Shown piece after piece: positions 41,590-57,307 of a stretch of 64,000 nucleotides of DNA. The first letter of the stretch is position 1. Each line of letters starts with the position of its first letter. Both the position numbers and the translations under genes were made by a program. Origin of the DNA: the human T2T-CHM13v2.0 reference genome, Homo sapiens. The stretch lies in the NCBI RefSeq assembly GCF_009914755.1, contig NC_060936.1. The stretch is one strand, 5' to 3'. The notes under the pieces are model-generated. The model saw only the letters and a list, made by a program, of their open reading frames with translations, was not told where the DNA came from and searched no databases.

Positions 41590-43370
41590 AAGTTCGGTTT
41601 TTAAAATAGTGAAAGTAAAATAGCAAATGAAGAGTGGTATAATCACACCCCCACATAAACCCACACACACATACACATGTGCACACATATGCACACACAC
41701 ACAAAGCTGTTAAACGTATCCTGTTTGGAGCTAAGAGTATAATAATGAAATATGCAATAACGAGTATGTTGGCTTGCTTCAACAAAAATATATTGAGTAT
41801 CTTCTACTTATAATGCTGGATGCTTTATGGAATAAAGGGAGAATTACTCAGAAACTATCCTCTTGCCATTGCTTGGAAGAGCTCTTGCAAAGGCAGGCTA
41901 ACTCTCAGCAACTGCGTTTGTGGAACAGAGAGAAATCTGAGCAATCCCAGGGTTGGGAACCTTGATAAGCTGAATGGATGGCCTCTGTAGAAAAATAGGC
42001 ACCAGAACTGACAGTTGCTTTAATAAAACATGTGCCATATGTGGTATTGGCTTTGAATTCTGGCAGTGGGTGACAAACAATTACAAGGGTCTGGAAGATA
42101 TGGTGATCCACACATGACAAAGAATTTGATAAAACTATTTCCTATAAAAATGTAGAAGACCTGTGATGTAGCTAGTAAACTTGTAACTTTAAGTGAAATA
42201 GTTGTGAAACAAGTTTTACTATCTAGATTGTCTTGGTAGCAATTCACTGCATTTCAAAGAATCTCAATAAATACCTGTTGAATGAATGAATAGATGTCTA
42301 CCATTACTCTCTAGTTCAAATTTCTAATCTTCTTAATTCGAATTTTTATAGCAACCTCCTATCTAGTCTTCTTAATATTAACTTTAGTTGCACTGCACAA
42401 TTCCTTTTTGAATCTCTGGAAAAATAATCTACCATAAAAGGCAATTATTGCCTTGCATCTAACACTTTTGGATATATTATATATCATCATTTTTTCAGTT
42501 GAATAATTAGGCCTCTGATTACCTTTTCCACTTTCTACTGTTTTCCCATCTATAATTCACCCTTCAGATAGTTCGAACTATTTGCATTTTTACAACTCCT
42601 CATCTATAAATGAGAGCTTTTCATCTTTTAAAATTTGATTTGCAAATAACACAAGGTGAAAGGTGTGGATTGTTGTTATGTTAGGTCAACTCCCCAAGTT
42701 CCCTTTATTCACCAACCTACATGGCTTAGGAAAATTCTACTGAGAATGTTTCCTGATGGAAATACACATATTGAGTCCCAGACACCACTGGAATTTCCTT
42801 GCTGATCTACAGCCACCAGATAAGCTCTCAAAAGTTAACCAGTCTCAGTTTAAACACTAGCTCTCCTCAGTTTTGCCTGAAACATAGTAGCAGCTTAATA
42901 AATACTTATAGACTTAAAAATGATGACTTAATTTCTGAATATGAAGATCAAAAGAGGAAACTATTACATCAGTCAGATGTCACAGAAAAAGTATTATTTG
43001 AAATGGCTCAAACCTTAATGTACATATGCCATACCTAAGATCTTATTAACATGAATATTTTGATTCAATCGATCTGGAGTGGGCATGAGATAAGTTTCCA
43101 ATCAGCCTTCAGGTGATGCCAAAGCCCTTAGTCCATGGACCACATTTGGCTTAACAAAGCCTTAACAACTGAATTTCCCAATATAAGAACAGTATTAACC
43201 AAGCCACAGGAATAGAAGGTTATTGGTTACTTTTAGCCAATTACAGTAAATTATTTCAATTGGTTACAATTGGTTACAACTGGTTACGGTAAATTATTTC
43301 AATTTAGTGGCAACAGGATTTCTAGAGGAGAAATTTATGTTGCAATGTTGTAAAGGTAGATTAAGACCAT

Positions 43371-43824
43371 TTCTGTGGTTTAGATATGGTTTGCCCTCAA
43401 CAAAACTCGTGTTAAAATTTGATCCCCATTGTGGCAGTATTGGGGGGTGAGGCCTAGTATGACATGTTTAGGTCACAGGTCTGGATCTCTTATGAATAGA
43501 TTAAAGCCCTTCCTCAGGCGTGAGTGGGTTCCCACTCTTGTGGAAACGGATTTGTTGCTGTAAGAGCAAGAGAGTTGTTAAAAAGAGTCTGGCTTCTTTG
43601 GTTTCTCTTTCTTACTACCTCTTTCACCACGTGATCTTTTTGCACACACCACCCCAGACTTCTACATTTGCCAAGAATGGAAGCAGCATGAAGCCCTCAT
43701 CAGTTGCAGCTGCCCAATCTTTGACTTTCCAGCCACCAGAATCATGAATCAAATAAACCTCTTTTATTTATAAATTACCCAGTCTTAGATATTCTGTTAT
43801 AGCAACACAAAATAGACCAAGAGA
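43371..43824 (+). mobile_element. MaLR solo LTR (MSTB1/2-like)
   Basis: aaaactcgtgttaaaatttgatcccc...ataaattacccagtctt...atagcaacacaaaatagaccaa. Confidence 0.8.
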
Positions 43825-43933
43825 GCTATATTATAGAAGATCTTGAAAGTGACAGTGAGAAATGCATACCTAGTAGAACTCACAGTAACTTTTAAGTTTT
43901 GTTTTTTCTTAAACAATGCGTTTGGAGCTATCA

Positions 43934-43951
43934 TGTGTGCACGTGTGTGTG

Positions 43952-43984
<33 letters not shown>

Positions 43985-44030
43985 TAGAGAGGAACAGAGA
44001 GAAGAGAGAGGGAGAGAGAGAGAGAAGAGA
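43934..44030. repeat. (TG)n(AG)n microsatellite
   Basis: Seen directly in the sequence. Confidence 0.9.
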
Positions 44031-44807
44031 GAATTCATTTTGGTTTTCTGAACTGTGAAAAAAATTCAAGTGAAAAGCATTTTAGCAAAATATCAAGAGA
44101 TAGTCAGACATAACCGTGCCTGAGGTATGAGTTGCTGAAATTCATTATTGATGTTTAGTATCACAAGAGTATCTTCAAGTCACTGCAATGCCATATGTGA
44201 AGCCAATGCAATACTTCTCCTCACACCTATCTCTCACAAACTTGAATTCAATTAATTACCAGTTTGGCTTAAGTTTGGTTTAGAAAAATATTTTATGCTG
44301 TTTTTGTACCTGTTTGGTTGAGACATATTTCGATTTTTATTCTTTCTTAACCTAGTTGGCTGAATTATGAAAGAAACCCCAAACATATTAAAAAAAGCCC
44401 AGCACAAAACCTAATTCAGTTAGTGCCTCAATAAACAGTTTTATATTTGCTTTGGTTAGGGTTAAAGAGCTCAACAAATATAACTTTTGGATTTGCTTTT
44501 TGGTTAGACACTTGAATGAAAATGCTGGTTGGAACATCCAGAATGTTTTTAAAAGTATCCAAGTACACAATGCTAAAGTCTAAAATCTCTAGACTGAGAC
44601 TAGTTAACTTTGGGAGTTTATCTAGTGGCTATAGTTCAGCGGGGGGAAATCTCAGTGGTGTCTGTGACTCAATATTATGCCCATCAAGAGACATTCTTAG
44701 TAGAATTTGCCTAAGCCATGTAGGTTGGTGAATGAAGGGTTGGCATCATGTAACAAAAATCTACTCCCTCCACACTGTGTGGTTTAGTTGCAAAATAAAT
44801 CAAATCA

Positions 44808-45102
44808 TTTTTTAATTTTTATTTTATTTTATTTTTTATTATACTTTAAGTTTTAGGGTACGTGTGCACAATGTGCAGGTTAGTTACATATGTATGCATG
44901 TGCCATGTTGGTGTGCTGCACCCATTAACTCGTCATTTAACATTAGGTATATCTCCTAATGTTATCCCTCCCCCCTTCCCCCACCCCACAACAGGCCCTG
45001 GTGTGTGATGTTCCCCTTCCTGTGTCCACGTGTTCTCATTGTTCAATTCCCACCTATGAGTGAGAACATGCGGTGTTTGGTTTTTTGTCCTTGCGATAGT
45101 TT
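44808..45102 (-). mobile_element. Short L1PA3-5 3' fragment
   Basis: tatactttaagttttagggtac...ttgtccttgcgatagttt; near-identical to 55130-55390. Confidence 0.92.
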
Positions 45103-45559
45103 CAGCTGAAGCTAAACTCATCTATTTAATGATTCTCTGAAAATTTCTTCAATGGGAAAACAGAATGTGGAAATCACCTTAGCAAGGTTGTTTGCTATGT
45201 TACAGGAAGAAAAAGATTAACAATCTTCATTTTATTGGTTTTATCTGATTCTGAAAGCAGAATCAGGATGTATATAATTGACAAATGCATCAAAACTAGG
45301 ATGGAATTGGCACAGATAGATTACGCTCCTTTACTTAGTTTCTATACTATAAGCATATCGAACATACAATGTCATCTTAAAGATTTTTGAATACTGCATG
45401 CAATCAGCGTAACATGATGTTCATAAAATACCCACTTATTAGATGTTGTGAAATTGCATGAAAACAAATTACCTATCAAATATGCTTTTCTTGGTATTAA
45501 GCCCCAAATAATTTTTCCTAACACTTTCTAGGTTCCTAGAAAAAGTCAGTGTGGGAGGG

Positions 45560-45790
45560 GAAAGAGTGCAGATTTTAGAAGACAGCCTAACTCAGTTCAA
45601 AGTCCAGTTTTTCATTCATTTTGTGTATGATCTTGAAAAAATTATTTAAATTCTCTGCACCCTGATTTATTTATCTTTAAAAGAGAAATAATAAAAACAT
45701 TTTGCAAAGGTTGGCATGGGGGTGGGAAATAAAGTGCATATGGTACCTATCACAGTTTCTGATGCCTAACAGTTTTCAGTAGATATTAAC
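45560..45790 (+). mobile_element. MIR
   Basis: tgtatgatcttgaaaaaattatttaaattctctgcaccctgatttatttatctttaaaa. Confidence 0.55.
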
Positions 45791-47819
45791 CGTTATTGGG
45801 ATATAGTCTTCACCCCTTTAGCTTTCACTATGATGAAGTCATCAATTCATCCCGGTAGGACATTACTTAAAAAAATAAAAAGTCATTCCAACCTCCCCTT
45901 TCTTCTTGGTTTATTCAAAGACACATGGAACTGACTTTGGGTGGGAAGGTTAAATGCTAAAAAGGGCAATAAGCATTTAAGCATTTGAATCAGGGAGTGT
46001 TGTGAAAACTCAGTAGATAAAATAAATCTTGAAGATGATGAATAAAACTGTTTCCTTCTTGCTGGAGATGGGTAAAATATAGCACCTCATGTTTTAAATG
46101 CTTTTCTATGGGTAAAACAAAACCAGAAGCAGTAAATATACTACTTAAATTCTACTTCCAAGGTCAGAATAATGATTTTTTTTTAAAGTTTCTGCCACTG
46201 AGAAATTTATTTCGGGGGAAAAAATAAGAGTATGGTTCAGAGACCCTTATAAACCTTTCTAAAGATACCAGGATCATCATCTCCCACATATCCTAAATTT
46301 TAAGAACATAAAGAAAAATCTCTCCTAAGTAAATGCTTGATGCCTCTTCTAGCTAAGCTACTAGTTTTAGATAAAATTTAAAGTAGAATAGTCATATCTA
46401 ACATTGCTATAGGATTTCCCCCCATAATCAATAAGCACATGACATTTATGTTTATTTTACATTATCAGAGCATTTTTTATTATTTAAATAATTACAGATT
46501 TGTATTTTTTATGTTTTTGCCTTTATGCCATTTTATTTCAGGCTAAGATTTATTCAAGGCTGAATTTTTGGTCAGGAACGCAACAAGCAATTATAACACT
46601 ACTATTTTATAACTTGTTTTCTAGGAACACATTGTGACAAGAAACATGAAATGGGATTTCCTGAAACACAACAACATAAAGGCAAGCAAACAAATGAAAA
46701 GTTTATAAGAAACAAATGCTATGCAGCTTCTATAGAAAATGACAATTTCATATGCAAGGTTATTAAGAGATACACATGCAAATTTGGGCTAGTTTTTGAT
46801 GCTGTGCCTTTATTTATACTTAGAATTTGATATAATTTTTGGTTCAATTTGTTACAATACTGTCATTAAACCTGAATACTAATTTCTCCACATAAGCAAA
46901 CTCTAAACATTCAATATTAACATCATGCAACTGAAGTACCTTTATTTTAAATTGTTGACCATACTCTTTCTGATATATAAGTTAGAAGTAAAAAATAAAC
47001 AAATCAAAACAAAACCAAAAAGGAAACCTGGAAATCTTTAACTTGACAATTGTTGAAACACATGAGAATTTGGAAATATATAACAAAAATAAAGTTCGAT
47101 TTATTTTTTGTCTGCTAGAGTAATTTCACATTGAACAGAATCAAGATACATTTAGAAAACATCACTCTACTTAACAATCATTTAACTGAAAAAATGCCTG
47201 ATTTACAGACTGTAATGATGAAATTAACTTGGAAAACATTTCGGTCATGTGAACCTGAAGAGAAGTAGTAGTCATTTTTTTTAGTTTTTTTATTAAGTTA
47301 ACATGACTTAAAAATCATTGATTTATAAATTTTGCATACTAGAGTGAAAGATAATTTATAATCTAGTCAAATACCAAATATTATGTTGTTCTATATTAAA
47401 TTACAAAGTAATTATTTAGCTTTTCTAAAACATTTTCGGTGGAAGGTTTACTGCCTCCATTTTTAAACCGATTTTTTGAATGTTTGTCCTAGTATTGAAT
47501 TGACATTAAACTCTATTACTTATATCTGTTCATCTCATAGAAAACAGAATACTATAAGCATTGTGTACATGAACCTCAAGCTTTTTTTTTTAATTTGTGA
47601 ATTCTAATTCTGTTTTTGAAGATCACAAAATAAATATTTTGTTTACCATATGACAGGTCTTCACTGGCTCTAATGTGTCCACAATTTTTTTTTCAGGATA
47701 TACATCCTCGGAAAAGCAAAATATGAATAATTTTATAAGTTTTCATTTTTGGTAGTATAGAATTATTTATGTCACTCTATCTCTATCCCTGAAAACAACT
47801 AAAAAAAACAAGGTTAATA

Positions 47820-48448
47820 CGATATTTATAGCAACTTTATTCATAATTACCAAAACTTGGTAGCAACCAAAATGTCTTTCAGTGGGTGAGTGGAAAAATA
47901 AATTGTGGTATGTCTAGACAATGGAACGTTATGCAGTGCTGAAAGAAATGAGCTATCAAGCACGAAAACACACAGAGGAAACTTACATGCATATGATTAA
48001 GTGAAAGAAGTCAATCTCTAAAGGCAACATACTTTACCATTTTAACTATATGATATTCTGGAAGAGGCAAAATTTTGAAGACAGTAAAAAGATCAGTGGT
48101 TTCCAGGAGTTCATGGGGAAGGAGGGATAGATTGGCAGAGAACAGAGGATTTTGAGGGCAATACTCTATATAATACTATTAATATAATGATGGATATATG
48201 TCATTATATATTTAATCAAACCCATAGAATATATAACACCCAAAGTAAACCTTAATGTAAAGTATGGACTTTGGGTGATTATCATATGTCAATATAGGCT
48301 CATCAATTATAATAAATGTACTAGTTCGGGGATGTTGATAGGGATCTGTCCATGTTTGGAGACAGAGGGTATATGGAAAATGTCTGTACTTTCTGAACAA
48401 TTTTGCTGGGAACCTTAAACTCCTATAAGAAAATAAGTCTTAAAAAAA
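47820..48448 (+). mobile_element. L1MC1-3 3' end
   Basis: gacagtaaaaagatcagtggtttccagg...taatgtaaagtatggactttgggtgat...A-tail. Confidence 0.8.
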
Positions 48449-49619
48449 GTCACCAGACTGAGAGGAAAGTAAGAAAACTACGGAGATCTAAAACAATGTA
48501 AAAATGGGGATTTTAATGCTATTGTTCATAAGCTTCAATTTTGCAGTTGTGGAATCATGATGAGATAGGCTAGAGATAAAGTATATAGGAGCCTCTTATG
48601 GAGAGAAGACCCCAGAAAGTGATTTCATTTACTTATTTGTGTATGGGTAAATGAAAAATAAATTTGCCCATCCTTCTTTCCCATGTCCATGCTAGGTGGA
48701 TAAAAATGAAATTCTTGCAAAGGAGTAACTACAAATCTGCCCCCACAAATCTGTGGCTCATATTATAAAACATGTATAAACAGAAACTCCTTAAGTAGAG
48801 AATTTAACTTGAAACTGTTCAAAATGCCTCTAGGTTCTGAAGAATTTAATAAAGACTCTCTAAAAGAATGCAGTTTCAAACTAGCCCTCAAAGAATTCGT
48901 GCAGTTGAAATTCCAAAACAAGAGTGCCGGGTCAAAATTTACAAAACACAGAAGAAAACAATGCACTATGAGTAAGAGTCAGAAAAAAAATATATAGCCC
49001 TAGTAGACTCAAACCAGTGAAAAACTTTGATTTTGGGGGATAGTCAAACCCAGAATATAAAATAATAATGTTTAATGTGTTTAAAAAATAGAAAATTCAC
49101 TTGAAAATATAAACAGATAACAGAAGCTTATAAAGATAAAAATCAATATGCAAAGACATTTACTTTTAAATATAAAATATAACAATTAAAAATAAAATAT
49201 AACAAAAATAAAATACCAATAAATTTGAAACTCCTACAGGAAGAATTAGAGAGGAGAGAGACTTATAACCTTAGCAATCCACTGTAAAAGAAAAGATATC
49301 ATAGGGGAAAAATATTCTTCGTTATTGAAGATAATATTTTTCACCAAAGGACATGGTGAGAAGGTTTTAGAAGAAGAGGTTTAATGCAGGTTGGGTGAGT
49401 GGAGGATATATAGAGCATTGAAAATTGATAGCATTATTGATATAGTCATCAATGACAGATGCTTGGAAAAGCTTTGGGTAGGGCATGATACAGTTTAAAA
49501 AAAATAATGTGAACCATGGTAAATTTAGTCTTTGGGAAATTCATTAAATGGACCTAATAAGATTCACCTGGTTCCTGGAACGATGGCCCAACAATGAGAA
49601 GGCAATCTCTGATCATTTA

Positions 49620-49847
49620 CCTTAGTGACTCTCAATCCTGGCAATGCAGTAGGAAAACCTGGGGAGCTTTCAAAAACAGAAATGCCTGGGTCCCCTTCCA
49701 CATGAACTGAATGAATAGCTTTAGGGAAGGTTTCAGGGCTTCCACGTTTTAAAGGCTTTTCCACGTTTTAAACCTTAGAGAAGGTTTCAGGGCTTCCACG
49801 TTTTAAACATTAAAGTTTAATGTGCAGCCTGTTTGAGAACCATTGCT
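49620..49847. mobile_element. MER5-like DNA transposon relic with internal duplication
   Basis: tagtgactctcaatcctggc...cctggggagctttcaaaa...tttgagaaccattgc. Confidence 0.65.
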
Positions 49848-50969
49848 TTATGTTATAGTCAGCTGGTGTTGGTAGCTACAGTTAACACAGCAAGTGTTGA
49901 CAGAATTTATGATGCATGAGCCATGTGCTATTTTACTTGAGTTGGAGGTAAGAATGTGGAGGTGTTCTTTAGTAATTCTAACTCACCTTCCCATGGAAGA
50001 GTTTGGGATCTCTTTGGAAATGATATCTTCTCTGGGCTTAGAATTAGTCCCAGAGATACAGTCAGGGACCTTTTCTCAATCCTTTGTACAATAAATTAGG
50101 TGCTTAAAAAATCTACTTTGTGATAAATAGTCCAATGTGGGGGAGTTAAAAATGAAAAAGATTTTTGAAATTTTACTTACTGCCTTAGGTTTATAGGATA
50201 GACATTTCAGCAAAAGATTTAAGATGACAAGGACAGAATTTTCAGTAAATATGGCATCTCCAGTCTTTTATAGCTCCTCTCCAGGAGAGAATCTCAAGGG
50301 TGGCAAGTGGTCAGCTTGTCTAATGTAGATCATATCAGATTGTGGGAAAGCCTGAGTTAGGATTTTCTCAGACTCTTGGAGCCACAGCCATATCACCAGG
50401 AAAATCCTGCATAGTTACCTCATAGCTTTTATGGTGAGAGGTAGTTTTCAGACTAATATTTGGGAATTGGTAAAATGTCACTCATGCCAACATTACAATA
50501 TTACTGTACTAATCTCAGGACATAAGGTAATGACCAGGTATTACACGTATGGAATTACACTTTATCTCTGTAAAAATAACTTCTCAGTGGGTGAAACTGT
50601 AATTTATTTACTGAACGATGGCCTGGGTAGGGGGGTACTAAGCATGTCATTAAGGGCATGGTCTAACAAATGTTAAGGACTCCAATGAAATTGGATTTTA
50701 TATCACACAATTTTTATGCTATTCGCTAAACTTTTCTCAAAGGGATATGTTGTGAACATTGTGTTGTACAGATTTTACGGATTATTAAAAAAATTACTAA
50801 GGCAACATTGGGAACCAGCGTGGTTGCAGTCTAGAAACCGAATAAAGAAGTTTCACATACCTATTTTATTTTTAAATCTTAGTTTTAATTCATCTGTCAC
50901 CTGCATGCATACTTATTTGGCCAATAGCGTTTAATATAGCTCATCATCTATGTATTTATTTGACTTTCT

Positions 50970-51160
50970 AGTAGTAGCATAGTAAAAGGCTGATCAGATT
51001 GCATGAATTCAAATATTGACCCTACCAGTTACTGTCTGTTTACCTTTGGCAAGTAACATATTCTGTACACTTCAGTTTCCTCATCTGTAAAATGTAGAAA
51101 CTAAATTTGTATATTTCATTGTGTAATTCTGAAAACCGGATGAGATGAAAATGTGTCTTT
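50970..51160 (+). mobile_element. MIR
   Basis: cttcagtttcctcatctgtaaaatg core. Confidence 0.7.
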
Positions 51161-54100
51161 AAAACTTTCAGTAAATAATAACTCATTTTATTGTAACTGA
51201 AATATTTAATACCCCATGTTCAAAGTTAGTATCTTTCTCATACTTCAGTTTTTTCCTAGGTTGACATCAAAATAAAAATGTGGCTTTGATTATTCAACCA
51301 CCTACATTCAATTGATTGTACTTCCCACCCTGCCACAATCTGCCAGATGAATAACTTTGTAAAACCCAAGCATATAATTTCTACAATATCCCTATTAGTG
51401 CCATCTAGGGCTTCTAGATATCCTTAAACTTCCCTAGTTTCCCCCTGTTGGGGAAGACATAAGCCAAATGAGAATTAGCATTTCACCCTTCAACATCAAC
51501 CTGTGTATTATTTAAAATTATAATAAAACGTTCAAAATTCATTTTTGTGTCATCGATTGCTGTTTTATTTTTTTATAAAATTTTCATATATATTTAAACA
51601 AATCCACTTCTTTAAAACATAACTATAATAGCTTTATTAAGATTCTTGTTTAAAACTCTCACAGTATGCTTGGGTTGATATGCAAGAAATGATAGTCTAA
51701 ACTTGTGTATGAAATACAATAAATTTCAGATTGACTAGTGCTCTGTCTCATGGACATGATTTTCACATTTGATAAATGAAAATTACCATTTTGACCTTCC
51801 ATCAATAAATAGGAGAAGTATTAGCAATTTTAGGATTTTTTTTTCAATGAATGATGATGGATTTCTCATGATTCATTCATTCCTTTCAGCTGGAAATTAT
51901 GTAAAAAAAAATGCTTTCATAGTAAATTGTGGTGGTCCATGGTAAAACCAAATTGCCTTCAGTGGGATGAAATTTTGGTTGATTTAGCCCATACTATAAA
52001 CATTTTGGTTTTCAAGTATAATTAAAGAAAGTGAACTGGTTTTCTCAAAAGTCATTTCAATACTTTTTTACTGGAATATAGAAACTGGAGATGCACAATT
52101 TACTATTCTCAGTCCCTGGGTAGCTACAGTTACAGATTAGTTTTGGAAAATCAAATACACTCATATAATACTTTGGTTTATACTTGAGTAATGAGAGGAG
52201 AAGGAATATTTTTGGGACATGTAAATTTTTGGCAAAGATCATGATGTTGACCCCCTTCGGGCTCTGAACCACTGTGGTATTCCAAAAAGTCATTTTTGGA
52301 AGCCTAGCCAAGACAGTTTTTCTTCAGCATTCCTAGCAATTCTACAAACTGTGTTTATTCTCATTACTAAACTTTTTCACTTTTCCAAGAGCGGAATCTC
52401 TTGTTCGCAATTCCCTACATCCAAGAATATATCAAAATCCAGGGATATATAAAGATACTGATATTTAGAAAATCTATAAATTAACGAGAACACTAAATAC
52501 AGTAAGATTTCATTTAAGGTCAAAATAAGTTTCATTACTAATGACCTAGACAGTTCTATTTATTTACATAGATGGCTAATACTTCATTAATCAAATAAGC
52601 TGCTTTATTATAAAACATATGTGGAAATCAATTACAGGAATGTTTTCCATACTTACTTGAGAAAAGTAGGTGAACGTTAGTTGTATTAGTCTTAATACCA
52701 ATTATAACAAATGACAATACTTTTAGTGTGTTATTGGACCTTGGAAATTTCTCATTGCGAAATGATTATTTTTGCTTATGGATATTGTTGGCAAATAAAG
52801 TGTATTGATTTATGTTTCCTATTGTAACTGTGCTACTTTAAGGATACTCTACTTGAGAGAGTAACTCTTAGTTACTGGTCTCCTTTCTTTTTCTCTGAAA
52901 AGCTTGATGATTCTTCTCATTAGCTGAGTGACAATGATATTAAGAAGACCGGAAAATCTAATGTTGATAGACATTCATAACACTTATATTCTGACATGTG
53001 TATAATCACCTTGCTAATCATTACAAGTTTTCTTTCCTATTTCTGTATAAGTTGCATATGTGTGTATATTTATTTTCTTCTGAGTCACCCCAGGGTCAAT
53101 TGCCTGTTTTTACTTTCCTACAGGGAAGTGTATGTTCACAGCAGAAGTATTATTACAGTTGGACTAAAAAACCTATTGTTAGTGATGTAAAGAAATGGAA
53201 GAGAAGGTAAATTTAGTTTAACAGAAAGATGACCATTTCTCTGTGATCAGCATGTTCTTGTTTCTCATTGTGAAATTCAAACAAGTGCATGATGTCCAGA
53301 AATTTGTACTGATGTCTGAGGAAATGTGAAGCTCAGAATGTCAAGTACTGCATTTGATTAGCATCCACAATTCAGTTTATTTGATTGGTATTTGTGTATT
53401 TTATTCATTTGAACAATTAGAATATTGGCATATACAAACACAAGATCAAAAAGCCACACAAGACCTATTTTGTAAGTAAAAAGTCTAAGAATATTTGTAA
53501 CCATCCTCTGTATTTCCAGAAATGCCATTACAAACCAACGTCGGTGTTTAGATGTTGGTCCTTTCAGGAAGAAAGGGAGAAAATATAAAGGAAAATCACT
53601 TAACAATCTATTTTAGAAATAACAAAAGCTTAGGGTTTGAATGTGTCTTTAAAAGTGGGCCAGGATCAGCAAGGGTTCTCATTTTATCTAAAATAGATTC
53701 CTTAAAACGTGAATATTTCAAATGCATCAGAGATTCCATCCTTTTCAAAGTGTCTTCTTATTTAATCAATGTCTAAAAGCCAAGAGATGCTAGAGGAGAG
53801 CTCTACAAAGTGCATTCTTAATGACTTTAATTATATTCTCGTCCTATGATTTATATTGATGAATACTTATAAATTCTCCCTTTGTGAAGAAACATTGAAC
53901 TCAGAAAAATCTTCTGAGTTTTTGTTGTTTTTTCCCTTTGGGCAGATATTAGCAGGTAGACTATAAAAGACTAAAACAGACCTAGTTTAATATAGTCCCA
54001 TATAGGCTGTTTACATGGGAGGACAAAAAACAGTGTTTTCTTTCAAATGATAAGAATTTTTAACAAGAGAACTAATAAATTTACCTGTTTTAAAAAACTA

Positions 54101-55107
54101 TGTTCCTAGGTAAAAATGAATTTCTTCAGTTATATGTTAAAATGAAAGCGATAAATGATAGTAGCAAGATGTAATAAAGACACTGATATCAATGAATAGG
54201 AATTCTCTGATGGATTAAAAATGGTGAATAACACTAGAGCCAAAAAGGAGTTATTATTATCAGTAAATTTTGTTTCACCTGTACTCTGGCCAGGGGTTAA
54301 TACCCATCTTTTCAGATGAAGCTAACTCAATTCAACATTGCTTCCCTGTTTCCTAGGGAATAGGACAGTGTTAAGTAACCCTGTTAGCTGTGAGTGCCGT
54401 CAGTGGGAATAAAAAAATGGTCACTGGGTCATTTTTTTTTTTTTATTTTATAGGAAGGCATAGTTAGAAAATAAAGAATAAAAGAAAAGGAAGCAAAGAT
54501 GTGAAATGAGAAGTGGTAGAAAGGAAGGAGTGGAAGGTAAAAATATACTAACAGTTAAATACAGTTAAATTTGGGGAATACTAACAGTTAAATTTGGGCC
54601 ACTTAGATTTTCTAGAGCCAATACTTAAAATCACAAGAATTATTTCTGTCAAATAATTACTATCTTTGATTTTCTAATATGCAGATGGAAGAATGCTATA
54701 ACACCAGAAGGAAAAAAAAAACAGAATGTAGGATTACATTCTTGCCTTCTAGCAGTTATGTTTTAATTAAGGATGTAGCTATTGTTTGAATGTGTCACCT
54801 TCAAAATTCAGGTGTTGAAATTTAATGGTCAATGTGATAGATAATGGCCAAAATGAGGCCTTAAGAGATGACTGGGTTATGAGGGCTCCTCCCTTATGTG
54901 GGATTAAGGCTTCACGCAACATTTGGCAATCTTGCACTTCTGCCTTCTGCTGGGTGAAAACATAGCATTCCTTCCTTCAGAGGATGCAACAACAAGATGC
55001 CATCTTGGAAACAGACAGCAGCCCTTACCAGACAACCAAACCTGTCAGCACCTTGGTCTTTTACTTCCAAGCCTCCAGACTGAGAGAAAGTACATTTCTG
55101 TTTTTCT

Positions 55108-57307
<2,200 letters not shown>

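Noticed and set aside
48450-49240. Possible very old L1 ORF1/HAL1 relic
   Set aside because: Only a vague A-rich resemblance; cannot be supported without an HMM search.
52057-52480. Possible minus-strand exon or ORF in unique DNA
   Set aside because: No recognisable protein similarity and no convincing paired splice sites.
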